Positions 45,593-55,518 are shown, counted from the stretch's first letter. The stretch: 64,000 nt of DNA from a virus (IMGVR_UViG_3300031994_000033:32001-96000); one strand, 5' to 3'. Numbers and translations are program-made. The notes: generated from the letters alone by a model not told the origin.

Positions 45593-45801
45593 TCACTTCA
45601 AGAGACGCTTTCATGATACTCGATCGGAACGGATTTCGCGTACCGAACGGTGGTGACAGCTACGGAGAGATCACGTACAACGGCGAACGATCGAAGCAGG
45701 TCAGAGCCTGCTTCGAAAATCGGAACAACAAGATGTGTGAGATCGACAGACAGATCGCTATTCTTGAGGCTGAGTACTATCGTAGACATAAGGAAGACTA
45801 A
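45589..45801 (+). CDS. short, divergent member of the paralog family
   Basis: ATGA overlap; MITSRDAFMILDRNGF...ITYNGE. Confidence 0.55.
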   Translation: MITSRDAFMILDRNGFRVPNGGDSYGEITYNGERSKQVRACFENRNNKMCEIDRQIAILEAEYYRRHKED

Positions 45802-46145
45802 TGGAATTAACTATAGCAGAAGCGAAAGAGATCATTGAATCGAGAGGATTGACTATCGACTCTAACATGCCGAATGATCAGAATCCTGCGATCTACTGGA
45901 AGGGCGAATGGGTCGGCTACATATCGGAGTTCAGCGTATCCATACACCAGGATCTTCCGTCTCTCGGACTGACTGAACAAGGCGAGCTGATTCCGTTCTC
46001 TGACGGCAATGCAGACCAACGGCTATCTAGAAGGATAGACACATTGAAGGATTCGCCCAGAAGATATGAAGAAGGTCTGCGTCAGGAGAAAGTGGACGAC
46101 ATACGCGACTACTTCAACAGACGCAAGGACAGAACATGTGCTTGA
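45801..46145 (+). CDS. paralog family member 1
   Basis: IYWKGEWVG...RYEEGLRQEKVDDIRDYF. Confidence 0.75.
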   Translation: MELTIAEAKEIIESRGLTIDSNMPNDQNPAIYWKGEWVGYISEFSVSIHQDLPSLGLTEQGELIPFSDGNADQRLSRRIDTLKDSPRRYEEGLRQEKVDDIRDYFNRRKDRTCA

Positions 46146-46501
46146 CATACTATGAAGCGATGAATCTTTTGAAGTCGAAAGGTATCGAGTTCGACGGCAA
46201 CGAACTCCTTCTCGATGGTGAAGTCGTAGGACATCTGTGGGAAACAATGCTCGTCATATCCAAAGAAATTCCGTCTCTATACAATCGTCTGTATGCTGAA
46301 ATGGAGAAGACTAGGATCGGATTGAGCAGCGCCGATGCTCAAGAAGCGATCTCAAAGGCAGTCAAATGTCTCAAATCGTCACAAGTTCGATACGAGAAGA
46401 CATTGAAAGAGATGAGAATCTCCGATATACGCGACTACTTCAAGAGACGCAAGAACGCTGTAAACGAAATTGAACAATTTATGCTAGCGGAGATGTGCTG
46501 A
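46136..46501 (+). CDS. paralog family member 2
   Basis: DGEVVG...RYEKTLKEMRISDIRDYF. Confidence 0.75.
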   Translation: MCLTYYEAMNLLKSKGIEFDGNELLLDGEVVGHLWETMLVISKEIPSLYNRLYAEMEKTRIGLSSADAQEAISKAVKCLKSSQVRYEKTLKEMRISDIRDYFKRRKNAVNEIEQFMLAEMC

Positions 46502-46953
46502 TGCAATTGCTTGACAAGTCGAGAGGACCGCTTCCTGGAAGCGTCGCGAACAACCGCAAGTTCGTGATCAACTATATGCGCAATCACGGATTCGAAGTCA
46601 AAGCGGACGGCCTGTCTGAATATCCCGACAAGTACAACTACTATCTTCGTGGCGAGCTAGTAGCGTTGTCGTATGAGAACGTTATGTATCTCTATCCTGT
46701 TCTGCAATCACTTGTCGAGATGGGCATTCTAGCGCAGAGAAGAAATACTGAGATACCGTTCGATCTGCCGAGCATCGAAGTACACAATCGTCTGCAAGAG
46801 GCTGTGAAGGAGCTCAAGAACAGCTATGACTCTTATGACGATCTAGTCAAGAAGTCGAGAGTGCAGAAGATCAGAGAGTATTTCAAGTACAGGAATATCG
46901 AGAATCAGGATGTAAAAGAGTACAACAAGCTTATGAAAGGGCTAATGAGATGA
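46501..46953 (+). CDS. paralog family member 3
   Basis: RGELVA...SYDDLVKKSRVQKIREYF. Confidence 0.75.
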   Translation: MQLLDKSRGPLPGSVANNRKFVINYMRNHGFEVKADGLSEYPDKYNYYLRGELVALSYENVMYLYPVLQSLVEMGILAQRRNTEIPFDLPSIEVHNRLQEAVKELKNSYDSYDDLVKKSRVQKIREYFKYRNIENQDVKEYNKLMKGLMR

Positions 46954-47354
46954 CGAGAGATGAAGTAGAGCTGAGAATGAAGCAGATCGGATTCGAGCTA
47001 CGAAGAGAAGATCCGCAGGATCCTTATGCTACTATCTGGCTGAACAACGAGCTCATTGGAGATCTGACTCCAGCTGGAATCGATGTAGCTATCTATCTTC
47101 CGAGTTATGTTGGTAAAAATTGGATGGCTGTCGAACGACAGAGATGCGGTTATGGTACGATAGCAAATGCGAACTACTTCAGGAATCTTAAACGCGATCT
47201 TCTCGATACTCCGAGACGCTATGATGAAGCGCTGAGGAAAGCACGAGTGAAGGAAGTACAGAAGTATTTCAAGTACAAGCAAGAGTCTCACAGGTTAGCT
47301 GATCTTGCATGGAAAACCTTGTACCCAGGATTCAAGAAGGCAAGAGGTGAGTGA
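46950..47354 (+). CDS. paralog family member 4
   Basis: NNELIG...RYDEALRKARVKEVQKYF. Confidence 0.75.
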   Translation: MTRDEVELRMKQIGFELRREDPQDPYATIWLNNELIGDLTPAGIDVAIYLPSYVGKNWMAVERQRCGYGTIANANYFRNLKRDLLDTPRRYDEALRKARVKEVQKYFKYKQESHRLADLAWKTLYPGFKKARGE

Positions 47355-47704
47355 TGAAGATAAAATTGTTTGAAGTGTCAAAGCTGCTAGATGAGGCAGG
47401 TTTCGAACGCAAAGGCATCGAAGTCGATTACTTGGGAGAACGAGTTGGAAGACAGTGGCACGATGAGCTCGTGCTCTTTGACGAGCACCCGAGAATCAGC
47501 TTAAAAGACTACGAGAATGCAGACAAGACCTTCGTCAAGTACAAAGACAAAGAAGCGAAAGAGAAGATAATAGCAGCTATTCGCACGCTCAAGGAATCTC
47601 ATCGAGAGTACGAGCAGAAGATCCGATCCGACAAGGTCAGCGCTATCAAGATGTACTTCGATCTGAGAAAGGAAAGACAAGAGATGCATGAGAGGATGGT
47701 ATAA
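47351..47704 (+). CDS. paralog family member 5
   Basis: LGERVG...EYEQKIRSDKVSAIKMYF. Confidence 0.75.
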   Translation: MMKIKLFEVSKLLDEAGFERKGIEVDYLGERVGRQWHDELVLFDEHPRISLKDYENADKTFVKYKDKEAKEKIIAAIRTLKESHREYEQKIRSDKVSAIKMYFDLRKERQEMHERMV

Positions 47705-47706
47705 TT

Positions 47707-48129
47707 ATGAATGAAGAGATCTCTAGGACAAGAGAGATTGCAATTGAACGGCTTCAGGCAGCTGGTCTCGAAGTTACTGATGTACCGCGAGACAAGACGA
47801 CATATCCTGATCTTCACTTCGAGATATGGTATCACGGCGAGAAGGTCGGTGACATATACGAAAACGAGATGTATCTCGCTACAGCGCTGCCATCTCTAGA
47901 ACAGCTGGGCGTATTCACGTCAGTGTCTAAGAGCTCGATAGCTTTCGGCGTTCAGAGCGCCATCGATCTGCTTCTGACCGAGACGTTAGAGAGACTGACG
48001 AGATCAGCCGAGAAATACGACGAGCTCGTCCGCGAGAAGCGCATCACTGACGTTCGAAACTACTTCAAAGACAGAGAAGACAGAGAGTTCGCTAAGTCAC
48101 TACATGACGCAGACAGGAGCAGAGTATGA
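47707..48129 (+). CDS. paralog family member 6
   Basis: HGEKVG...KYDELVREKRITDVRNYF. Confidence 0.75.
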   Translation: MNEEISRTREIAIERLQAAGLEVTDVPRDKTTYPDLHFEIWYHGEKVGDIYENEMYLATALPSLEQLGVFTSVSKSSIAFGVQSAIDLLLTETLERLTRSAEKYDELVREKRITDVRNYFKDREDREFAKSLHDADRSRV

Positions 48130-48467
48130 AGCTAACAAGAGCTGAATGCATATACCTGATCGAGAAGGCTGGAATGGAAGTCAAAGAGGAGAACATCAGC
48201 CTCAACGCATATCGTGACCGGATATTGTACAAGGATGAGAGGATAGGCACTGTGTACTATGACAGCGTATCGCTCAGCCCTCACTACGACTATGACGACA
48301 GTCCAGTGACTATCAAGTACAGAGAAGAGAACGCAGTGGAGCGGCTAGAGAAAGCTCTAAACTTGATAGTCAACTACGATGCTGAGTCTGAGCTGAGAAC
48401 TCAGAGAGTCAAGGCAGTCAAGAAGTACTTCGAAGACAAAGCGATAGAGAAGAAGTGGAGTGTATGA
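48126..48467 (+). CDS. paralog family member 7
   Basis: KDERIG...ELRTQRVKAVKKYF. Confidence 0.75.
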   Translation: MKLTRAECIYLIEKAGMEVKEENISLNAYRDRILYKDERIGTVYYDSVSLSPHYDYDDSPVTIKYREENAVERLEKALNLIVNYDAESELRTQRVKAVKKYFEDKAIEKKWSV

Positions 48468-48567
48468 AGCAAACAATTCTATTATATTTTAAGATATGTA
48501 ACAGAATTAGCTTCGAATAATATAATGCCAGATTGCAATAGTCAAAACGATAAAAGGAGTATAACAC

Positions 48568-49083
48568 ATGACCATTACTGACGAAAAGTATTTCAGAGAG
48601 CATAGCGATGTAGTTCAGGTCAGTGCGTATGCGCTGCACGATGTTCTTCATGCTCTCAAGAACGATAACTGCGAGTGCCTAGTGTCCAAGGAAGACGGAC
48701 ATATAGTCGTGCATTACTGTAAGAAACGCAAAGAAAAGACTGATGACAAATCTTCAGCGTGCACAGATTGTAACTCGGACTCAGAACAGACGATTGACTT
48801 GCACGACTGGAACGATGTCTCAAACACGAAAATCCCACTCAACGAGGAAATCTTCGCTCTGCTCGAAGACAGGCAGAATCCAGAAAAACTCAGACCGGAA
48901 GTCATCGTCGCAAAGATGATGCTAGCCAAGAGACTTCTCTGGACGGAAAACAAAGAAGGCTATGTCCTCTGCTACGATGTCCCAGCAGGCAACTTCCATA
49001 GCTGCAACGGGTCCCAAATCAAGTACTGGAAACCTGTTGACATCCCTGTGAGAACTAGACGAGGCAACATCGAAGACCAATAG
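48568..49083 (+). CDS. hypothetical protein with a DUF551-like C-terminus
   Basis: WNDVS..KIP...IKYWKPV; AAGGAG RBS. Confidence 0.55.
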   Translation: MTITDEKYFREHSDVVQVSAYALHDVLHALKNDNCECLVSKEDGHIVVHYCKKRKEKTDDKSSACTDCNSDSEQTIDLHDWNDVSNTKIPLNEEIFALLEDRQNPEKLRPEVIVAKMMLAKRLLWTENKEGYVLCYDVPAGNFHSCNGSQIKYWKPVDIPVRTRRGNIEDQ

Positions 49084-49096
49084 AGGAGAAACTCCA

Positions 49097-49540
49097 ATGA
49101 TTCTCGCAATCCTATTGATCATCTTCATCATCGTACTCATATCAGCACTACTGTACATCCTCGGACGCTTAGTAGCAAAGCGTATGATCTCAAGGCGAAA
49201 GAAGTATCAAGATCATATCGACAGCATGGTAGAAGAGCTGTTTCCTCCATCTATCCAAGCGGCTATCCAAGACTCTTCTGCTATAGACACGACTATCCAA
49301 GCGGCTATCCAAGACACTACTGTCCAAGAAGCTGCTGTCATCGAGTCAGATCTCCAGCGCCAAGAGGCCAAGCGCAAGATGGTCGCAGACATCCGCAAGT
49401 ACTTCAATCAACGCAAGATAGACGCAACACTCGCAAAGGTACAGGGATCTAGTGACTTCGTTAAGATCAATCCGTCAGCAGGATCTTATAGCGAGCAGAT
49501 CATCCCGTCTCCTCCATCTCTCCAGATGATCCTCGAATGA
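49097..49540 (+). CDS. membrane-anchored protein carrying the paralog-family C-terminal helix
   Basis: Hydrophobic N-terminal TM; KRKMVADIRKYFNQRK; internal CTATCCAAG repeats. Confidence 0.7.
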   Translation: MILAILLIIFIIVLISALLYILGRLVAKRMISRRKKYQDHIDSMVEELFPPSIQAAIQDSSAIDTTIQAAIQDTTVQEAAVIESDLQRQEAKRKMVADIRKYFNQRKIDATLAKVQGSSDFVKINPSAGSYSEQIIPSPPSLQMILE

Positions 49541-49544
49541 CATC

Positions 49545-50250
49545 CTCCCATCCCTATAAGGATCTCTGTTATAGTCCCCATACTTGGAAAGTGTCCTCTT
49601 ATTGGCACTATTTCCGGCAGGTTTCCTGGCCGCTATACCCGGCCCAAAACCGGCAATTTCACCGGGTCCCAGTATAAAACGCTCTCACTTCCAAAACTTT
49701 GTATTAAGGCATATAGCCGTCTATCCGTCCCGTCTCACCCGAAGGTGCCCTATATCGCGACGGGATCCCTCACGTTCACGCACGGAGAAATTTCCAAAAA
49801 AAAATTCCTAAAAAAATTTGACTCCTCGCAATCGCCACGCAGAATCCGCCAAAACCTCGCAGAACCCGCAAAACTCATGTTATGTTCAAAACTGGGTTTA
49901 TGTTCAAAAACCCATCTTATGTCCAAAACCCCCGTTATGTTGCCGTCCGAAGAAATTTTTCCAAAAAATTTTTCCAAAAAAAATTGACCCACGTGCGCTT
50001 GCCTCTATCGCAGATGCCTCTATCGCAGATGCCTCTATCGCAGATGCCTCTAAATGCGCTTTATCTTACATCGCGAGAAATTTTTTCCAAATTTTTTTTT
50101 CCAAATTTTTTGGGCTTCTTCAACACCCCAGCTGATGGCTTCGTGAGGGAAACGTAACGTAATGAAAATATGATGAAGCTGAGAAAACTTCCTGAGACAG
50201 AAAATTTTCTATTGCAGAAAAGTTTCTAGCACAGAAAAGTTTCTATATAT
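49545..50250. repeat. non-coding repeat-rich region (A/T tracts, 15-bp x3, ~18-bp x4 and 17-bp x4 repeats); candidate origin or genome terminus
   Basis: GCCTCTATCGCAGAT x3 (50001-50045); TTATGTYCAAAA at 49880/49898/49917; CAGAAAAKTTTCTA at 50198/50215/50232; three AAATTT..CCAAAA..TT blocks. Confidence 0.8.
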
Positions 50251-50274
50251 ACTGTACAAGGAGCTTATGAACTC

Positions 50275-50820
50275 ATGAGAAACGAAGAGAAGCTTTCGAT
50301 AACTTCACTGACGATCACAGCGAGAGGCGTGATCGACTTGTACCGCTGGTGCGCAGAGAGACTGAACAAGCCGTGCTCTGATCCCGTCGTCGGCTTAGCG
50401 ATCTCGATCAACGAGATGATTCTGGCTGAGCCCTATCGAGAGATCGCTCAGCGGCTCTGGTACAGAGAGGCCGATCCCAAGTGGCAAGACTGGCGTCGAG
50501 CCGAGGCTGGATGCGTCGAGAAGTGGGCTGATCGAGACAACAGCGGCAGCCTCAGGCGTGACCGGAACGGCGATCCGACTTTCACCGAGAACGCCGTCGA
50601 GATGGACAAAGAGATCGAGACGCTGAAGCAGTCGGAAGAGTTCAGGGAGCTGTGGGAGAAGATCCGCAGCTCTCGTGAAGCGAACGAGGAGGTCCTGTCG
50701 AGCGCATCGACGGTCAAGGTGTGCTGCATCGACTGCTGGGACCACTGCCCATCAGACGCTTCGCCGAGAATTCTGGGACTGCTCATGGGCAGAGAAGTTC
50801 AGAGACTGATGCAGGAGTGA
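50275..50820 (+). CDS. hypothetical protein
   Basis: 181-aa ORF with an AAGGAG RBS. Confidence 0.65.
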   Translation: MRNEEKLSITSLTITARGVIDLYRWCAERLNKPCSDPVVGLAISINEMILAEPYREIAQRLWYREADPKWQDWRRAEAGCVEKWADRDNSGSLRRDRNGDPTFTENAVEMDKEIETLKQSEEFRELWEKIRSSREANEEVLSSASTVKVCCIDCWDHCPSDASPRILGLLMGREVQRLMQE

Positions 50821-50831
50821 GAGCACAAGGT

Positions 50832-51593
50832 ATGAGCGGAATCTTCGAGCAAGAATGGCTGTGCAGCACGGTGAGAGAGAAGCCCGTCTTCTGCACGCTC
50901 GCTGACGGATCGAACGTCGGCGGAGAGGACGCTGCGCTGTCGGAGCGCGTCTCGATCGAGGGAACTGATCTCTACGGGCTCAAGATGGCATACTACTGCG
51001 TCGACGAGAAGACATATCAGAGCGGCGCCGACGCGATCGATCCGCTCTTCGGAGAGCACCAGCTCGAGACGATCGATCGGGCGTTCTGGTTCACGGGATA
51101 CGTCTCGCAGATGCCGCCGAATGTCAGGACGTACCAGCTGCAGGGCATCTGGGGAGAAGACATAGTCCAGCTGTGGACTTCGATACCCGCCTTCGAGTAC
51201 TTCTCCACTTACGGGGGAGCCGACAGGAACACGCCAGAGGTGCACGACGCTCTGAAGAGCCCGCGTGTCGGAGACGTCGTCTACCTGCCAAACAACGACA
51301 CTCTGTACGAGATAGTGGACGTGAAGCGGTGGGAAGAGACGCTCGGAACGACTTCCCGCTACTTCGAAGTAACGCTGCGGGTCTTCAAAGACACTAAGAG
51401 GACTGTCTCAGACGATCCGTCGATCCCAGCGGACGACGTGATCCGCAAGTTCAGTCCGAGCGAGATAGAGTCTGACGAGCCGACTCCAGACTGCTTGAGA
51501 CTGAAGCCAGAAGAGACGCCAGACGACGCTGGAAGGATCGACTTGTTCGACTGGGAGTACAATTTCGAGCCAGGAGAGGATCAAAGACGATGA
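50832..51593 (+). CDS. neck / head-closure protein, gp14-like
   Basis: DLYG..MAYY, DPLFGE and PRVGDVVYLP...LYEI..V. Confidence 0.75.
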   Translation: MSGIFEQEWLCSTVREKPVFCTLADGSNVGGEDAALSERVSIEGTDLYGLKMAYYCVDEKTYQSGADAIDPLFGEHQLETIDRAFWFTGYVSQMPPNVRTYQLQGIWGEDIVQLWTSIPAFEYFSTYGGADRNTPEVHDALKSPRVGDVVYLPNNDTLYEIVDVKRWEETLGTTSRYFEVTLRVFKDTKRTVSDDPSIPADDVIRKFSPSEIESDEPTPDCLRLKPEETPDDAGRIDLFDWEYNFEPGEDQRR

Positions 51594-52171
51594 GCTACGC
51601 TTACAGAGATCTGTTCGACGACGACGATGACGACGACGAGGACTTCGATGGCGAAGCCGACGGATACGGATACGGCGACGACGACGAAGTCCTGTCTGCT
51701 TTCGATCGAGACGCTGTGCTCTTCAACGAGATCACAGCGAAGCAGATCAATCGTGAGCTCGTCTCTCTGTCCAATCGAGAGCTTCTGGAGTTTCTCCAGT
51801 GGGAGCTCGACGAGCTGAAGTTCACGGAGAGCTCTGAGCTGGTTCTCGTCGGAATCGAGTTCGACGATCAGTACATCCTGCAGTTCTACAACGTGAGAGA
51901 GGACAAGACGCTCAAGACGGCTACTGGAGCTGGAAACGTCTACATGCTGATCAACGGATGGATATTGAGGACGCTCACTGACTTATATGTCTCTGAGCTA
52001 TACGGCGAGCTGGGAGACGTGTATCCCTCTGATCTCACGGACTGCTACCTGAGCATTCTGACAGACGTTCTCGACTGGAAGTCTGAGACTGGCATCGAGC
52101 CAATCAGCTCTCTGTCTCCCGAGGACGACGGACCGCTCGAAGATAGTGGTTCGGAACGTTCAGAATCGTGA
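51590..52171 (+). CDS. highly acidic hypothetical protein
   Basis: Poly-Asp N-terminus; ATGA coupling. Confidence 0.6.
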   Translation: MSYAYRDLFDDDDDDDEDFDGEADGYGYGDDDEVLSAFDRDAVLFNEITAKQINRELVSLSNRELLEFLQWELDELKFTESSELVLVGIEFDDQYILQFYNVREDKTLKTATGAGNVYMLINGWILRTLTDLYVSELYGELGDVYPSDLTDCYLSILTDVLDWKSETGIEPISSLSPEDDGPLEDSGSERSES

Positions 52172-52541
52172 CGCCGGCCGGAGTCTTCTTGTCTCCCCTC
52201 AGAACGAGAGCGTCCCATAGCTGGACGCCTTCGATCACGAGTCCCCTTCTAACGATCTTGTACAGACATCCGTCTCTGGGATCCAGAGCGTCGACGCACT
52301 CGACGCCGACTTCGTTATCGATATGCTGTTCTTGCGCAGTAGGCTCTGCGTGCGCCATAGAGTACTGTTCTGTGGCCTTTTCGGTCTCAGCCAGATGTTC
52401 AGACGGCTGAAGCGCTTTCGCCTCTTTTACGGCGTTCTCGAGCGGATTCTTGATCCAGCTAGGCGTTCTCGGGTTTGTCGCGATCTTTCGGATCGCTTCG
52501 ACTAGAATCTTGATCTGCTGTCTCTTCGTGTCTTCTGTCAT
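52104..52541 (-). CDS. hypothetical protein
   Basis: GGAG RBS and GATAAATA on the minus strand; overlaps the convergent gene by 68 nt. Confidence 0.6.
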   Translation of the reverse strand: MTEDTKRQQIKILVEAIRKIATNPRTPSWIKNPLENAVKEAKALQPSEHLAETEKATEQYSMAHAEPTAQEQHIDNEVGVECVDALDPRDGCLYKIVRRGLVIEGVQLWDALVLRGDKKTPAGVTILNVPNHYLRAVRRPRETES

Positions 52542-52649
52542 TCTCTATCTTTCTCCGCTGCATCTCAGCTCTTCAGTTTAGATATTTATCTGTGTATGAT
52601 CTTGCGCTATAAATAAAGCATAGAACATAGCGATCGAGGCGAAATCGAG

Positions 52650-54026
52650 ATGATAGTATCTGGTGGACACATTTTAGCGATAGATGAAGTAGAGCACGAC
52701 TTGAGCCTGTATGGAGACGGGGTCGGCCTTCCGCTTGGCGTCAGGAGAGACTACGTCGACAAGATAGAGTCCGTCTCTAGCAAGCTAGACGTGGTAGAGT
52801 TTCAAGAATGGTCGGCGCAGACTGAACACTGGGACGTCGAGGAGTACTCTGGCGCAGATGGAATCGAAGTCAGCGGACACGTGATATTCGCTGATGCATC
52901 TCCTATCGTCGGAAGCGGATCAGTAGTGATTCTGCCAGGAGAGGACGGCTCGGTCGTCGTATCGGGAGAAGAAGTCGATCTGAGCGGCTATGCGACAGAA
53001 GAATGGGTCCGAGAGAGCTACACTCCTAAGCTAGAGCCATACGATGACAGCGTTCTGCTGGTCGGCAGCGCTAACGGCGAATACGACTGGGTCAAGATCC
53101 GTTCTTCTAAGTTCGGCAGCTCGCTCGTAGACTCTTCTGCCGATCTCGTCTGGTCTGAGGACAGCGATGCGCATCTCAGCGAGAACGCAGTGGAGCTATG
53201 GAGCGAGTTCTCCGGAATCGGATTCGGCGCAGAGAGAGCTTACGCTGACGTCGAGGGAAATCCGTTCTTGGACACTTACGCCACGATCGTGAGCGTGAGC
53301 TCTGGGCTAGCGCAGAAGCAAGACGAGCTTCGCTTCGGATATGACGCTTCTGGAGAGATCGTATCCATCAACAGCAGCGCTATAGCGCAGACCAAGCAAG
53401 AGCAGGCCGACTGGACAGAAGAAGACTCTTCTGTTCCGTCTTATATAAAGAACAAGCCAGACACTTCTGAGCTAGTCGAGGGCTACGGCATCGTCTTGAC
53501 ATACGAGCAGGGAAGCCTGATCGTCTCGACTTCTGGCATGGCTAGTTCGGGCTATGTCGATCAATCAGTCTCTGGAAAGATGGACAAGTCCTCTTCAGCA
53601 GACTTCTATCCGATGGCTGCGAATCCGTCTGGCTATCTGATCCATTCTGATCTGAACGATTACGCTACGAAGTCAGATCTAGACTACGTATCGGGTGCAG
53701 TCGATGACTTATCCGATGACCTCGACGACGTCTCCGCTAGCATACATGACGCCAAGCTGAAACTGCAGCTCGGCTCGGGCCAGGCTTCTGATACCGGGTT
53801 CACCGCAAATGCGGCATCGGACACCACGGTGACTATTCCCGAAATGACCGGGGCTACGTCAGCTGCCAATGGTGTTGCGGGACTTGTACCTGCCCCAGCT
53901 GCCGGTGACGAGGACAAGGTCTTGAAGGGTGACGGAACATGGGGTGAAGCTGGAAGCTCAGTTAGAGTCATCTACGATGCAGTCAACGAAGAACTGCATC
54001 TCGACTTCAGCAATGGAGGTAACTAG
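52650..54026 (+). CDS. tail fibre/appendage-like structural protein
   Basis: Late promoter; QADW......SYIKNKP, NPSGYL and GLVPAPAAG...LKGDGTW fibre motifs. Confidence 0.7.
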   Translation: MIVSGGHILAIDEVEHDLSLYGDGVGLPLGVRRDYVDKIESVSSKLDVVEFQEWSAQTEHWDVEEYSGADGIEVSGHVIFADASPIVGSGSVVILPGEDGSVVVSGEEVDLSGYATEEWVRESYTPKLEPYDDSVLLVGSANGEYDWVKIRSSKFGSSLVDSSADLVWSEDSDAHLSENAVELWSEFSGIGFGAERAYADVEGNPFLDTYATIVSVSSGLAQKQDELRFGYDASGEIVSINSSAIAQTKQEQADWTEEDSSVPSYIKNKPDTSELVEGYGIVLTYEQGSLIVSTSGMASSGYVDQSVSGKMDKSSSADFYPMAANPSGYLIHSDLNDYATKSDLDYVSGAVDDLSDDLDDVSASIHDAKLKLQLGSGQASDTGFTANAASDTTVTIPEMTGATSAANGVAGLVPAPAAGDEDKVLKGDGTWGEAGSSVRVIYDAVNEELHLDFSNGGN

Positions 54027-54027
54027 T

Positions 54028-54819
54028 ATGGCAGTGACTTATTCGCAGAATGGCGTGATTGTTAGAGGAGTATATTCATACCATAAGACATATGAATTTG
54101 GTAATTACCTTGTGGATTCTAATGGATATATAGGTGAAGTACTTACACCTAGTTCTGGAAAAAGAACTAATGTTTCGATAGTAGATGCCAATGCAGATTT
54201 TTCAAATTCTGGATTAGGACAAGTCACTTTTATTGAGTATGGAACAGTAGAAATTCAAGGAATTGAGCATAATACAGTAAAAGCAGGTTCTTTAATATGG
54301 CTTGCTGAAAATCTTAAAGTTGAATTTGCTGACATACCATTATTGACTGTCAACGACTTTCCTTCTACAAAAGGAATGTGGTGGATGAATGATGATAAAC
54401 AAGCAGCGTTGACTAAAAGAAGAGGTGCATTGTACAACTGGTATGCTGCAAAGTACATAGATGATAATAAGTCTACATTACTTCCATCAGGTTGGCGAAT
54501 GCCTACATATAATGATTGGCAGGCATTAGGCACAGCTGCTGGAGGTGGCTCTATTGCTGGTAGAGTTTTGAAGTCTAGTAGTCAAATGTGGCAATATGGT
54601 TGGGATGGCGACGATTTGCTAGGATTTTTTGTTCAGGAGTCTGGAAGTATTCGCCAATCAGGGCAATATAGGGATTTGGAAGCTAATTATTGGACTATCT
54701 CACCTATTGGTAGTAACTATCACAATTTTTATTTTAATAGTGATGTCGATAGACTTGGAACGTATCCTGACCCTCCAGAACGTGGTTATGCATTGCGACT
54801 GGTAAAGGACATTACCTAA
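54028..54819 (+). CDS. FISUMP-domain protein
   Basis: WLAENL, GALYNWYAA, PSGWRMP, YWT and GYALRLVKD; GGAGG RBS. Confidence 0.85.
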   Translation: MAVTYSQNGVIVRGVYSYHKTYEFGNYLVDSNGYIGEVLTPSSGKRTNVSIVDANADFSNSGLGQVTFIEYGTVEIQGIEHNTVKAGSLIWLAENLKVEFADIPLLTVNDFPSTKGMWWMNDDKQAALTKRRGALYNWYAAKYIDDNKSTLLPSGWRMPTYNDWQALGTAAGGGSIAGRVLKSSSQMWQYGWDGDDLLGFFVQESGSIRQSGQYRDLEANYWTISPIGSNYHNFYFNSDVDRLGTYPDPPERGYALRLVKDIT

Positions 54820-54831
54820 AGGAGCAAGTAT

Positions 54832-55506
54832 ATGTCAGGATATTTATTGAAATTTAAGCAAAGATATTCAGTCAAGATAGGCGGACGCAAGTACCCGGTT
54901 GTCAAGATTGGGAATCAGTTGTGGATGGCTGAGAATTTGGACTGGAAGTTCACTGGATGCGATATTGCTCCAGCAGGGTCCCCTTCAACTCCTTCCGCTT
55001 GGTACTATAACAATGACGAAGTGAGCTATGGAATAGATGGGACATACAAATGTGGATTGTTATATAACTGGTATGCGGCTAAGTACATAGACGATAATAA
55101 GGCTACATTGTTGCCTGATGGTTGGCATGTTCCTTCGTTTGGTGAATATGAAACATTATGTACTGTAGTTGCTCCTGAAGGTGCTGGTTATCATGTCAAT
55201 TATAAAGCAGGACGAAAGTTAAGAGCTATTGATGGATATATTGTTAGTTCAAGTCCTATTTGGCCTTCTGATTGGAACGGTAATGATGAAAGTGGATTCC
55301 ATGCACTACCTGCTGGCTCAAGAGATTACTATGGAAATTTTAGTGGACTAAATGATTATTCATGCATATGGAGTATAACGCCTGTCGGCAAAGAAGATAA
55401 TATATATTATTTTCAAATGTGGAAAGGTGAAGAGTCTGCTTCATATAGTGCATGGGGCAATAAATTAACAGGATTTTCTATCCGTCTTGTCAAGGACCTA
55501 ACATAA
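54832..55506 (+). CDS. FISUMP-domain protein
   Basis: VKIGNQLWMAENL, GLLYNW, PDGWHVPS, GFHALPAG and GFSIRLVKD. Confidence 0.9.
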   Translation: MSGYLLKFKQRYSVKIGGRKYPVVKIGNQLWMAENLDWKFTGCDIAPAGSPSTPSAWYYNNDEVSYGIDGTYKCGLLYNWYAAKYIDDNKATLLPDGWHVPSFGEYETLCTVVAPEGAGYHVNYKAGRKLRAIDGYIVSSSPIWPSDWNGNDESGFHALPAGSRDYYGNFSGLNDYSCIWSITPVGKEDNIYYFQMWKGEESASYSAWGNKLTGFSIRLVKDLT

Positions 55507-55518
55507 GGCAGGCAATAT

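Noticed and set aside
49584-50157. Several 75-105-aa ORFs
   Set aside because: Low-complexity translations of DNA repeats in several frames, with no RBS.
49860-50250. Possible mini-CRISPR in the short repeats
   Set aside because: The repeats are 12-17 bp with 0-7-bp gaps, far from CRISPR geometry, and there is no cas operon. The 20526 nuclease is a generic PD-(D/E)XK exonuclease.
54028-55506. DGR template repeat or RT near the FISUMP genes
   Set aside because: No AAC-rich non-coding copy of the 526-731 region and no reverse-transcriptase ORF were seen in the window.
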